From: the human T2T-CHM13v2.0 reference genome, Homo sapiens | Direction: 5' to 3' (one strand) | DNA length: 64,000 nt | Assembly: GCF_009914755.1 (NCBI RefSeq) | Contig: NC_060931.1 | Shown here: positions 13,320 to 25,769 of the stretch, one piece after another | Numbering within the stretch: the stretch's first letter is position 1 | Layout of the letters: the number at the start of each line of letters is the position of its first letter | Position numbers and translations under genes: made by a program | Notes under the pieces: model-generated | The model's database searches: none | What the model was told of the DNA's origin: nothing | Seen by the model: the letters and a program-made list of their open reading frames with translations, nothing else

Positions 13320-15634
13320 CTTCTTTTCCTTTTTGTAAATTGTAAATTGACAGTTTATAATTGCTCAGTCTGCCCTCAGTATCTGTGTGTTCTTCACCCA
13401 AGATTCAACCAATCACAGGTCAAAAAATTTGGAAGAAAATTAAAAATAGCAATACAATGTTCTACACCCAAGATTCAACCAATCACAGGTCAAAAAAATT
13501 TGGAAAAAAATTAAAAATAGCAATACAACAATAAAAACAATACAAATAAAAATGCACCATTACAACTATTTGCATAGCATTCACATTGTATTAAGTATTA
13601 CAAGTAGTCTAGAGATGACTTAAAGTATACAAGAGGATGTGTGTAGGTTATATGCTACTACTTATGCCATTTCATATAAAGAACTTGAGCATCCATGGGA
13701 TTGGGGATCTATGGAGGGTCCTGGAAACAATTCCCCATGGATACCAAGGGAAGACTATGTAAATGTAAGGGATATAGAATGTTATGATTTTGAATAAAAT
13801 GTGGAATAATTAAATCAAGCTATTTAACATATACAGCACCTCAAATACTTAACAGTTTTTATGGTAAGAACATTTGAAATTTGCTCTTTTAGCAATTTGA
13901 AATGTACAGTACTCTATTATTAACTATATTCATCACATTGTGCAATAGAACTTAAAAAATCACATTCTTCCTGTCTAACAGATTTAGTACCCTCGGACCA
14001 TCATCTCCACATTCTTCCCACCCTGCAGTTTCTGTAACCACTAATATACTCTCTGCTTCTATGAGTTGTTTTGGATTCCACATATAAGTGAGAACATGCA
14101 GTATTTGTCCTTCTGTGCCTGGCTTATTTCACTTGGTGTAGTGTTCTCCAGTTCCATCCATGTTGTTACAGATGACACAATTTTCTTCTCTTTTAAGGTT
14201 GTCTAGTATTCTGCTGTGTATACAGACCAGCTATTCACTTGTTGATGATGGACTCATAGGCTCATTCCATAACTTGGCTATCATGAATAGCGCTGCGATA
14301 AACATGGCTGTGCAGACAGATATCTCTTAAACAAACTGATTTCAAACCTTTTGGGTAAATACTCAGAAGTGGAAATGTGGATCGTATACTAGTTCTATTT
14401 TTAGTTTTTTGGGGAACCTTCATATAGTTTTCCCTAATGGCTGTACTAATTTATATTCCCACCAATGGTGAACAAGGATTCCCTTTTCTCCACATTCTTG
14501 CTGACACTTAGGTTTTTTTTTGTCTTTTTATAAAAGTAATTCTGACAGGTGTGAGATGGTATTTCATGGTTGTTTTAATTTGCTTTTTTTCTTCCTAATG
14601 ATTAGTGATTTTGAGCACTTTTTGTATACCTGTTTTCTGTTGCTATTCCTTCTTTTGAAATGCGTATTCCGTCTCCTTGCCCATTTTTAAAATTGGGTTT
14701 CTTGTTTTCATGCTATTGAGTTGTTTGAGCTCCTTATATATTTTCGATATTAACCCCTTATCAGATGTATGACTTTTCTCTCAATCCATAGGTTATCTCT
14801 GTATAATGCTAATTGTTTCCTTTGCTGTGCAGAAGTGTTTTGGTTTGATATTATCCCATTTGTCTATTTTTGCTTTTGTCGCTGGCATTTGTTGGGGTCA
14901 AATCCAAAAAACTTGTTGCCCAGCCTAATGTGGTATAGTTTTTCCCCTATGTTTTCTACCAGTAGTTTTATAGTTTCTGGTCTTATGTTTAAGTCTTTAA
15001 TCCATTTTGAATTAATTTGTATATATGGTGTGAGATATGGGTCCAATTTTATTGTTCTGCATGAAAAAAATCTAGTTTTCCCAACAGCATTTATTGAAGA
15101 CACTATCCTTTCCCCATTGTACATCCTTGATACCTCTGTAAGAAATCAAGTGATTGTACATGTGTGGGTTCTCTACTCTGCTCCATTGACCAGTGTGTTT
15201 TTTGTTTTGTTTTGTTTGTTTGTTTTGCTGGTACCATGCTCTTTTAATTACTATAGCTTTGTAGTATAGTTTGAAATGTGGTAGTGTGATACCTCCAGCT
15301 TTGGTTCTTTTTGCTGATGATTGACTTGGCTATTTGGAGTTTTTCTGGTTTTATATGAATTTTAGAATATTTTTAAGATATTGCCATTGGAATTTTGATA
15401 GAGATTACATTGAATATGTAGATAGATCCCTTTGGATCGTATGAACATCTAAACAATATTAATCCTTCCAATTCATGAACACAGGCCATTTTCCCATTTA
15501 TTTGTGTCTTTTTCAATTTCTTTTATCAACATTTTTTAGTTTTCAGCATATGGGTTTTTCACTTCTTGGTTAAGTTTATTCCTAAGTGTATTTTTTGTAG
15601 CTATTGTTAGTGGGATTGTTGTCTTAATTTTTTT
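13320..15634 (-). mobile_element. L1MA-type LINE-1, 3' part (host of MER2 and L1PA7)
   Basis: L1MA 3' UTR motifs; ORF 14864-15124 translates to ORF2-like '[28 protein letters not shown]'. Confidence 0.85.
13366..13760. mobile_element. MER2-like Tigger MITE with a 70-bp internal tandem duplication
   Basis: Ends CAGTCTGCCCTCAGTATC.. and ..GGATACCAAGGGAAGACT; typical GGATGTGTGTAGGTTATATGC core. Confidence 0.8.
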
Positions 15635-15842
15635 TTATTGTACTTTAAGTTCTGGGATACATATGCAGAATGTGCAGCTTTGTTACATAGGTATACACGT
15701 GCCATGGTGGTTTGCTGCACCCATCAACCCAACATCTACATTAGGTATTTCTCCTAATACTGTCCCTCCCCTAGCTCCCCACCCCCTGACAGGCCCTAGT
15801 GTGTGATGTTCCCCTCCCTGTGTTCATGTGTTCCCATTGTGC

Positions 15843-18800
15843 AACTCCCACTTATGAGTGAGAACATGCAGTGTTTGGTTTTCTGTTCCTGTGTGAGTTT
15901 GCTGAGAATGATGGTTTCCAGCTTCATCCATGTCCCTGCAAAGGACATGAACTCATCCTTTTTTATGGCTGCATAGTACTCCATGGTGTGTATGTGCCAC
16001 ATTTTCTTTATCCAGTCTATCATCAATGGGCATTTGGGTTAGTTCCAAGTCTTTGCTATTGTGAACAGTGCTGCAATAAACATATGTGTGCATGTGTCTT
16101 CAGAGTAGAATGATTTATAATCCTTTGGGTATATACCCAGTATGGGATTGCTGGGTCAAATGGTATTTCTGGTTCTAGATCCTTGAGGAATCACCACACT
16201 GTCTTCCACAATGGTTGAACTAATTGACACTCCCACCAACAGTGTAAAAGCATTCCTATTTCTCCACATCTTCTCCAGCATCTGTAGTTTCCTGATTTTT
16301 TAATGATCGCCATTCTAACTGGCGTAAGATGATATCTCATTGTGATTTTGATTTGCATTTCTCTAATGACCAGTGATGAATGAGCTTTTTTTCAAGTGTT
16401 TGTTGTCCGAATAAATGTCTTCTTTTGAGAAGTGTCTGTTCATATCCTTTGCCCATTTTTTGATTGGTGCTATTTGTTTTTTTCTTGTAAATTTGTTTAA
16501 GTTCCTTGTAGATTCTGGATATTAGGCCTTTGTCAGATGGATAGATTGCAAAAATTTTCTCCCATTCCATAGGTTGCCTGTTCACTCTGATGACAGTTTC
16601 TTTTGCTGTGCAGAAGCTCTTTAGTTTAATTAGATCACATTTGTCAATTTTGGATTTTGTTGCCATTGTTTTTGGTGTTTTAGTCATGCAGTCTTTGCCC
16701 ATGCCTATGTCCTGAATGGTATTGCCTAGGTTTTCTTCTGGGGTTTTTATGGTTTTAGTCTTTAATCCATCTTGAGTTAATTTTTGTATAAAGTGTAAGG
16801 AAGGGGTCCAGTTTCAGCTTTCTGCATATGGCTAGCCAGTTTCCGCAACAGCATTTATTAAATAGGGAATCTTTCCCCATTTCTTGTTTTTGTCAGGTTT
16901 GTCAAAGATCAGATGGTTGTATATGTGTGACGTTATTCCTGCGGCCTCTGTTCTGTTCCATTGTTCTATATATCTGTTTTGGTACCAATACCATGCTGCT
17001 TTGGTTACTGTAGTCTTGTAGTGTAGTTTGAAGTCAGATAGCATGATGCCTCCAGCTTTGTTCTTTTTGCTTAGGATTGTCTTGGATATACAGGCTCTTT
17101 TTTGGTTCCATATGAAATTTAAAGTAATTTTTCCTAATTCTGTAAAGACAGTCAATGGTAGCTTGATGGAATAGCATGAATTTATAAATTACTCAGGCAG
17201 TATGGCCTTTTCCATGATAATGATTCTTCCTATCCATGAGTGTGGAATGTTTTTCCATTTGTTTGTTCTCTTATTTTCTTGAACAGTGGTTTGTAGTTCT
17301 CCCTGAAGAGGTGCTTCACATCCATTGTGAGTTGTATTCCCAGGTATTTTATTCTCTTTGTAGCAATTGTGAATGGGAGTTCACTCATGATTTGGTTCTG
17401 TCTTTGTCTATTATTGGTGTATAGGAATGCTTGTGATTTTTTCACATTGATTTTGTATCCTGAGACTTTGCTGAAGTTGCTAATAAGCTTAAGGGAATTT
17501 TGGGCTGAGATGATGGGGTTTTCTAAATATAAAATTATGTCATCTGCAAACAGAGACAGTTTGACTTTCTCTCTTCCTATTTGAATAAACTTTATTTCTT
17601 TCTCTTGCCTCATTGCCCTGGCCAGAACTTCCAATACTGTGTTGAATAGGAGTGGTGAGAGAGGGCATCCTTCTCTCGTGCCAGTTTTCAAAGGGAATGC
17701 TTCCAGCTTTTGCCCATTCAGTACAATATTGGCTGTGGGTTTGTCATAAATAACTCTTATTGTTTTGAGATATGTTGCATCAACACCTAGTTTATTGAGA
17801 GTTTTTAGCATGAAGGGCTGTTGAATTTTATTGAATGCCTTTTCTGCATCCATTGGGATTGCCATGTGGTTTTTGTCATTGGTTCTTTTTATATGATAGA
17901 TTATGGTTATTGATTTGCATATGTTGAACCACCCTTGCATCCCAGGGACGAAGCTCACTCGTTTGTGGTGGGTAAGCTTTTTGATGTGCTGCTGGATTTG
18001 GTTTGCCAGTATTTTATTGAAGATTTTCACACTGGTGTTCATCAGGGATAGTGGCCTGAAATTTTCTTTTTTGGTTGTGTCTCTGCCAGTTTTTGGTAAC
18101 AGAATGATGCTGGCCTCATGAGCTAGGGAGGAGTCCCTCTTTTTCTATTGTTTGGAATACTTTCAGAAGGAATGGTACCAGCTCCTCTTTGTACCTCTGG
18201 TAGAATTCAGCTGTGAATCCATCTGGTACTGGGATTTTTTTGATTGGTAGGCTATTAATTACTGCCTCAATTTCAGAACTTGTTCTTGGTCTATTCAGGG
18301 ATTCCACTTCTTCCTGGTTTAGTCTTGGGAGGGGGTATGTGTCCAGGAATTTATCAATTTCTTCTAGATTTTCTAGTTTATTTGTGTAGAGGTGTTTATA
18401 GTATTCTCTGTTGGTAGTCTGTATTCTTGTGGGATCAGTGGTGATATCCCCTTTATCATTTTTTATTGTGTCTGTTTGATTCTTCTTTCTTTTTTCCTTT
18501 CTTATTCTGGCTAGTGGTCTATCTATTGTGTCCATCTTTTCAAAAAACCAGCTCCTGGATTCACTTATTTTTTGAAGGGTTTTTTGTGTCTCTATCTCCT
18601 TCAGTTCTGCTCTGATCTTAGTTATTTCTTGTTTTCTGCTAGCTTTTGAATGTGTTTGCTCTTGCTCCTCTAGTTCTTTTAATTGTGATGTAAAGGTGTC
18701 GATTTTAGATCTTTTCCGCTTTCTCCTGTGGGGATCTAGTGCTATAAATTTCCCTCTAAACGCTGCTTTAGCTGTGTCCTAGAGATTCTGGTACATTGTG

Positions 18801-19983
18801 TCTTTGTTCTCATTGGTTTCAAAGAACTTACTTATTTCTGCCTTAATTTTGTTATTTACCCAGTAGTCATTCAGGGGCAGGTTGTTCAGTTTCTATGTAG
18901 TTGTGTGGTTTTCAGTGAGTTTCTTTTCTTTTTTTTTTTTTTTTTTTTTGAGATGGAGTCTAGCTTTGTCACCCAGGCTGGAGTGCAGTGGCATAAGGCG
19001 TGATCTTGGCTCACTGCAAGTTATACCTCCTGGGTTCACACCATTCTCCTGCCTCAGCCTCCTGAGTAGCTGGGACTACAGGCACCTGCCACTACGCTGG
19101 GCTAATTTTTTGTATTTTTAGTAGAGATGGGGTTTCACCGTGTTAGCCAGGATGGTCTCGATCTCCTGATCTCATGATCCGCCCGCCTCGGCCTCCCAAA
19201 GTGCTGGGATTATAGGCATGAGCCACTGTGCCTGGCATTGAGTGAGTTTCTTAATCCTGAGTTCTAATTTGATTGCACTGTGGTCTGAGAGACTCTTTGT
19301 TATGATTTCTGTTCTTTTGCATTTGCTGAGGAGTGCTTTACTTCCAGTTATGTGGTCAATTTTAGAATAAGTGTGATGTGATGCTGAGAATAATTTATAT
19401 TCTGTTGATTTGGGGTGGAGCATTCTGAGATGTCTATTAGGTCCACTTGGTCCAGAGCTGAGTTCAAGTCCTGAATATCCTTGTTAATTTTCTGTGTCAT
19501 TGATCTGTCTAATATCGACAGTGGGGTGTTAAAGTCTCCCACTATTACTGTGTGGGAGTCTCGGTCTCTTCGTAAGTCTCTAAGGATTTGCTTTATGAAT
19601 CTGGGTGCTCCTGTGTTGGGTGCATAGATATTTAGGATAGTTAGCTCTTCTTGTTGCATTGATCTTTTTCCCATTATGTAATGCCCTTCTTTGTCTTTTT
19701 TCATCTTTGTTGGTTTAAAGTCTATTTTATCAGAGACTAGGATTGCAACCCCTGCTTTTTTTTTTTTTTTTTGCTTTCCATTTGCTTGGTAAATATTCCT
19801 CCATCCCTTTATTTTGAGCCTATGTGTGTCTGTGTCTTTGCACGTGAGATGGGTCTCCTGAATACAGCACACTGATGGGTCTTGACTCTTTATCCAATTT
19901 GCCAGTCTGTGTCTTTTAATTGGGGCATTTAGCCCATTTACATTTAAGGTTATTATTGTTATGTGTGAATTTGATCCTGTCAT
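15843..19983 (-). pseudogene. Disrupted L1 ORF2 (APE endonuclease, reverse transcriptase, C-terminal domain)
   Basis: Fragments MTGSNSHITI..NVNGLN..IQETHL..GDFNTPL..SDH (EN), LSLFADD (RT), KHCMFSLISGS (C-term); frameshifts, stops and an Alu insertion. Confidence 0.93.
18926..19237 (-). mobile_element. AluY inserted in L1 ORF2
   Basis: Y-type GGGTTCACACCATTCTC and CCGTGTTAGCCAGGATGGTCTCGATC; TSD TT(C/G)AGTGAGTTTCTT at 18911-18925 and 19238-19252. Confidence 0.93.
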
Positions 19984-20046
19984 TATGATGTTAGCTGGTT
20001 ATTTTACCAGTTAGTTGATGCAGTTTCTTCATAGTGTCAATGGTCT

Positions 20047-21074
20047 TTACAATTTGGTATATTTTTGCAGTGGCTGGTACCAATTTTTCCTTTCCATATT
20101 TAGTGCTTCCTTCAGGAACTCTTGTAAGGCAGGCTTGGTGGTGACAGAATCTCTCAGCATTTGCTTGTCTGTAAAAGATTTTATTTCTCCTTCACTTATG
20201 AAGCTTAGTTTGTCTGGATATGAAATTCTGGGTTGAAAATTCTTTTATTTAAAAATGTTGAATATTGGCTCCCACTCTCTTGTGGCTTGTAGGGTTTCTG
20301 CAGAGAGATCTGCTGTGAGTCTGATGGGCTTCCCTTTATGGGTAACCCAGCCTTTCTCTCTGGTTGCCCTTAACATTTTTTCCCTCATTTCAACCTTGGT
20401 GAATCTGACAATTATGGTTTTGGGGTTTCTCTTCTCAAGGGGTATCTTTTTGGTGTTCTCTGTATTTCCTTAATTTGAATGTTGTCCTGTCTTGCTAGGT
20501 TGGGGAAGTTCTCCTGGATAATATCCTGAATAGTGTTTTCCCACTTGGTTCCATTCTCCCTGTCACTTTCAGGTACACCAATCAAATGTAGGTTTGGTCT
20601 TTTCACATAGTCCCACATTTCTTGGAGGCTTTGTTTGTTCATTTTCATTCTTTTTTCTCTAATCTTGTCTTCACACTTTATTTCATGAAGTTGATCTTCA
20701 GTCTCTGATATCCTTTCTTCTACTTGATCAATTTGACTATTGATACTTGCATATGCTTCACGAAGTTCTTGTGCTGTGTTATTCAGCTCCATCAGGTCAT
20801 TTACGTTCTTCTCTAAACTGGTTATTCTAGTTAGCAATTCGTCTAACCCTTTTTCAAGGTTCTTAGCTTCCTTGCCTTGGGTTAGAACATGCTCCTTTAG
20901 CTTGGAGGAGTTTGTTGTTACCCACCTTCTGAAGCCTACTTCTGTCAATTCATCAAACTCATTCTCTTATTATTCTCATTATTCCCTTGCTGGTGAGGAG
21001 TTGTGATCCTTTGGAGGAGAAGAGGCGTTCTGGTTTTTGGAATTTTCAGCCTTTTAGTGATGGTTTTTCCTCAT
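20047..21074 (-). pseudogene. Disrupted L1 ORF1
   Basis: Starts MRKNHH* (early stop); the 20412-20948 fragment has coiled-coil and 'EMWDYVKRPNL..IIQENFPNLARQ'. Confidence 0.9.
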
Positions 21075-21783
21075 CTTCATGGATGTATCTGACTTTGGTC
21101 TTTGATGTTGGTCACCTTCAGATGGGGTTTGTGTGTGGACATTCTTTTTGTTGATATTGTTGCTATTCCTTTTTGTTTGTTAGTTTTCCTTCTAACAGTC
21201 AGGCCCCTCTGCTGCAGGTCTGCTGGAGTTTGCTGGAGGTCCACTCCAGACCCTGTTTGCTGGGGTATCACCAGTGGAGGCTGCAAAACAGCAAAGAATG
21301 CTGCCTGTTCCTTTCTCTGTAAGCCTCATCCCAGTGGGGCACCCGCTAGATGCCAGCCGGAGCTCTCCTGTTTGAGGTGTTTGTTGACCCCTGTTTGGAA
21401 GTGTCTCCCATCCAGGAGTTACATGGGTCAGGGACCCACTTGAGAAAGCAGTCTGTCCCTTAGCAGAGCTCAAGTGCTGTGCTGGGAGATCCACTACTCT
21501 CTTCAGAGCCGGCAGGCAGGAAAGTTTAAGTCTGCTGAAGCTATGCCCACAGCCACTGCTTCCCCCAGATGCTCTGTCCCAGGGAGTTGGGAGTTTTATC
21601 TATTAACCCCTGACTGGGGCTGCTGCCTTTCTTTCAGAGATGCCTTGCACAGAAAGTAGGAATCTAGAGAGGCAGTGGGGCTACAGCGACTTTGTGGCAC
21701 TGCAGTGGGCTCCCACTCAGTTTGAACTTCCCTGTGGCTTTGTTTACACTATGAGGGGAAAACCACCTACTCATGCCTCAGTA

Positions 21784-22002
21784 ATGGCAGACGCCTCTCC
21801 CCACACCAAGCTCGAGCATACCAGGTCGATTTCAGACTGCTGTGCTGGCAGCGAGAATTTCAAGCCAGTAGATCTTAGCTTGCTGGGCGCTGTGGGGTTG
21901 GGATCCACTGAGCTAGACCACTTGGCTCCCTGGCTTCAGCTCACTTTCCAGGGGAATGAATGGTTCTGTCTCACTGGTGTTCCAGGTGCCACTGGGATAT
22001 GA
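21784..22002 (+). other. Open L1 ORF0-like antisense frame (72 aa) in the L1 5' UTR
   Basis: GTAATGG Kozak context; MADASPHTKLEHTRSISDCCAG aligns by eye with the L1HS ORF0 N-terminus as I recall it (MAGAPPPASLPPCSLISDCCAS). Confidence 0.55.
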
Positions 22003-22410
22003 AAAAAACTCCTGCAGCTAGCTCAGTTTCAGCCCAAAAGGCCACCCAGTTTTGTGCTTGAAACCCAGGATCCTGGTTGTATAGGCACCCGAGGGAATCT
22101 CCTGGTCTGCGGATTGTGAAGACCATGGAAAAAGCATAGCATCTGGGCCAGAGTGCACCATCCCTCATGGCGCAGTCTCTCATGGCTTCCCTTGGCTAGG
22201 GGAGGGAGTTCCCTGACCCCTTGCACTTCCCAGATGAGGCGATGCCCCACACTGCTTCTGTTCACCCTCTGTGGGCTGCACCCACTGTCTAACCAGTCCC
22301 AATGAGATGAGCCAGGTATCTCATTTGGAAATGCAGAAATCACCCACCTTCTCCATTGTTCTCACTGGGACCTGCAGACTGGAGCTGTTCCTATTCAGGC
22401 ATCTTGCCCA

Positions 22411-22850
22411 TCTTAAGTTTTTTGATTGCCCATTGTTAGTGTCCTGATATTTGTGTGTTGATTATGTATCCTGTAATTTGACTGCATTCATTTATTAGTT
22501 CTAACGGTGTTTTTGGGTGGACTCTAGAATTTTCTATATATGAGATCATGTCATCAGCAAACAATGACAATTTCACCTCTTTCTTTACAGTTTGGATGCC
22601 TTCTATTTTTCTCTCTTGCTTAATTGCTCTGGCTAGGACTTCCAATACTATGTTAAACAGAAGTGATGAGAGTGGGCATCTTTGCTTGTTTCACATCTCA
22701 GAAGAAAAGCTTTCAATTATTCATCGAGTAGGATGTTAGCTGTGGGCTTCTCATATATGGCCTTTACTGTGTTGAGGCAACTTCTATATTTATTTTGGTG
22801 AGAATTTTTATCATGAAAGAATGTTGAATTTTGTCCAATGGTTATTCTTT
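22411..22850 (-). mobile_element. L1MA continuation (RT region)
   Basis: ORF 22436-22645 '[22 protein letters not shown]'; resumes the host L1 exactly after the TSD. Confidence 0.85.
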
Positions 22851-24559
22851 CTTCTTGAGGCTTAATAAAAATAAAACAGTTTATAACTTTCACTTATCTT
22901 TTCCAACTTTTTGTTGTTTTGACAGCCAGTCTGATAGAAAAACTTAGAAGATAAAATTTCAGCTCTTTATACCATTCCTTTTACTATTTAACTCAGGAGA
23001 TTAAGAGCCTTTGAACAGAGATTAGAATCGGTGTTCCTAATTTAATGAGCAGAAGTCTTTCCATTACATGTCAGTTGTCCAAGATTCAACCCTTGCCTTC
23101 AAATGGTTTGTAATATAGTAATATGAAGCACTGAGAGTTCTGTGAAAAACAGACATTTTTTAAAAATTCAAAGCAGATTTTTCTTTGTTTTCATTAAAAT
23201 AAAATTTTTAATAAAAATATTTTCAAATTCTAGGAAATAAAAGAAAAAGGTGTCATCCAGTTTTCATTAAAACACTCATGAAATCAAATAGGGAAAAGCC
23301 TGCATCAGTATTGGAAACTAAAGATAATAGTCAACATATACCAAAAATTGGAGGATATTTCACTAAATAAATCACCAGTTGGACCAGATTTTAAAAACGC
23401 CATTAATGGACAACATGTGTTTTGCTCCCTGAGCCAAAGTGGTGAAGTCAGAAAGTCGGAGGAGCCTTGACTGACCCCACAGCTCCTGACCTCAGCCCCT
23501 ACTAGGGAGGCAGTCACCATGGACTTGCAAAGGGGTCTATCCCTCAGCACTTTGGGCTGTTTTTTGGCCTGCAAACCAGTGTCATAAAAACTGTGCCATT
23601 AATATAAAGTTAGCAAATGTTCTTAAAATTTTGGAATTCCTTAAAAGGGAAAGAACCGAAGTGATCTGAATACTAGGCAGTGGGTATAAAGACAGACCCA
23701 TGTTTTGATTATTGGAGCTGAACGAACACAGGAGGTGGAAGGCAGAAATGAGAGGCAAATGGGGGAAAGAACCTAGGGAATCCCATCAGGATCAAGCACA
23801 CCTTTGCCCTTTCACATCTTGGGAATAAGAGGTGGGGTGGGAGTGGTTGGTGGTTGGGCTCTACTGAATGAGCTCTTCGACCTGGTTTTGCTGGATGACA
23901 TGTTCTTCTGCCTTCCTGTCCCGCTGAACTGCAGTACTGCTGTAGTGAGTTATCCCCTTCCTGGCTTAAATCTGAGTGGGCCTGTCTGCAGGGCTTGAAA
24001 GTTCCTTTGACATTTGGTCACTACTTGCCAGGGCCTCAGCCACACCTGCTGGTCTGTGAGGGAGCTAAGGAGACTCAATATATGATGACTGTTAAAAAAA
24101 AAAAAAAAGTGGCCTGAAAGAATTTCTCTTCATGGCAGAATAAATAAGCCTAATGATCTACATGCATGTCTAGACCGGACTGGTATTCCTAATCACTTCC
24201 TTCCTGTTCATGCCAAGCCTGCCGGCCCTCTGTGAAAAGTCACTATTGACAGACTCTTTGGCTGAGGAGAGCTCTCCAGGCCCTGCCTCCACCTCTGATG
24301 CTTTTTCATCTGGTTTCTGTCCCATGGGCTCCTAATCACACACTCCTCTCACAGGTCTCCCATTTCATTGTTTGACTTCTCACACAGGCTTATTCCACAG
24401 GAACAAAGGCTTCCCCTTCCTTTGTCTTCATGCACTGAGGGCTGTGAATAAGCGGGGCTTCCTCCTGTCTGCATCTCAGCCCAGGTCCAGAGCAATAGAC
24501 CTCAATCACTGGTAGGGCAGGGTCAAGTTACCACAGAGCAGACCAACAGCAAAAGATCC

Positions 24560-25070
24560 ACCACCCAAGAGAAGTGGAATGATACTTAAGGACTTAAAAG
24601 AAAAACTTTCTCTGAAATAAATTTGCTGCAGGAAACAGAAGAAAAATTTAACATATATTTGTTTTATTGCTTACAAAAAAACAACTTTGAGCTGAGACAA
24701 GAAGAGATTCCATGAAAACCAAAATCATAAGACCCAAATTAAAGTGTTTGTTGGAAAGAGAGAATAGTTATTGACACTGCAGATTGTCACATTGTTGATG
24801 TAAGGAAGAAACTGGGAAGTAATCTCAGAACATGGAGCGAATGAATGAAAATGATGACAGAGAAAGATATTAGAGGGGGAGTAAAGTTTGCACAACCTGA
24901 ATGTTGAGTAGCTAGTCTTCCCAAAGGAGAAAGCTAAACAAAATGAATAGAATCAATAATTCAAGGGAAAAATAAAGAAAATAAATTAATATATAAAAGA
25001 AAATTCTCTTCCCAATGTTAAAAACAAATCTGAGTCTGGAGATTTAAAAAATATAATGTCTATTATGTGT
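24560..25070 (+). mobile_element. HAL1/old L1 ORF1-region fragment
   Basis: A-rich degenerate ORF1-like sequence ending TTCCCAATGTTAAAA..GAGTCTGGAGATT. Confidence 0.45.
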
Positions 25071-25314
25071 AAATGAAAGAAGGCTTAAGTCTGGAATGAT
25101 TCCCCTTCCCATTTCTTGCTAGTTTCTCCTCCTCTTTCCAATATAGATCCTGCCAACACCAGTGTCACATCCATGTTGCAAAGCCTGACTCAAATCCACT
25201 TCTAGCATGAAGCAATTTCCTGATTTCCTTAACCAATTGTTCTAGCTCTCACTTTTAAACCCCCACTTAAGTTTTATCATATTCTACCAGTAGCAATTAT
25301 AATAATGAAATCTT

Positions 25315-25752
25315 ATGTTAGGCTGGGTCATCTGAGAAGCAGATGCCAAGTGGAGATTAAATGTGCAAGAACTTCATTAGGAGGAAACATCAGGGAAAGA
25401 AATTGGGGACGGGGGCCAGAGAGGCTCGGAGTATGGGCAGACCATGATCCAAGACTTACCCTGGGTGAAAGAGAGATTGGGAGCCTCCTCATATGCTGTG
25501 CCATTCTTGGAAGTTTTTGTGAGGCTACTGGGGAGTCTCGAGGCAGAGTTCATTAGAGAAGTCCTGCATCTCCCAGCAATGGGCCTGCCTTAGCATCCTT
25601 GCTGCACTGAGCTGTTGGCTGGGAGCCGTCCATAAGAGGTTTGCCTCTGTGTACTGCAGCCGTGAATTTCAGAGCACATCAGATAAAGTCCTTGGGTCAG
25701 TTACACCATCTGTATTTGGAAGTCTGTCAGACACATTCTCATGGCTACTACA
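25315..25752. mobile_element. LTR16-like ERVL LTR
   Basis: TG..GAGAAGCAGATGCCAAG..TGCAAGAACTTCATTAGG..CATGGCTACTACA terminus. Confidence 0.65.
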
Positions 25753-25769
25753 GTGTTCGATAAATATTA

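Larger units (their letters stand above)
15635..22410 (-). mobile_element. Full-length LINE-1, L1PA7-like, inactive
   Basis: 5' end CAAGATGCCTGAATAGGAACAGCTCC, 5' UTR, ORF1, ORF2, 3' UTR and A-tail all present; TSD TCTTAA(T/G)TTTTTT at 15622-15634 and 22411-22423. Confidence 0.93.

Noticed and set aside
14769-15269. 166-aa hydrophobic ORF as a membrane protein
   Set aside because: It is the antisense reading of L1 ORF2; T-richness produces the F/L/I/V bias.
15843-21074. Active L1, or an RT-based system with intact ORFs
   Set aside because: ORF1 has an early stop and a frameshift; ORF2 is fragmented and carries an Alu.
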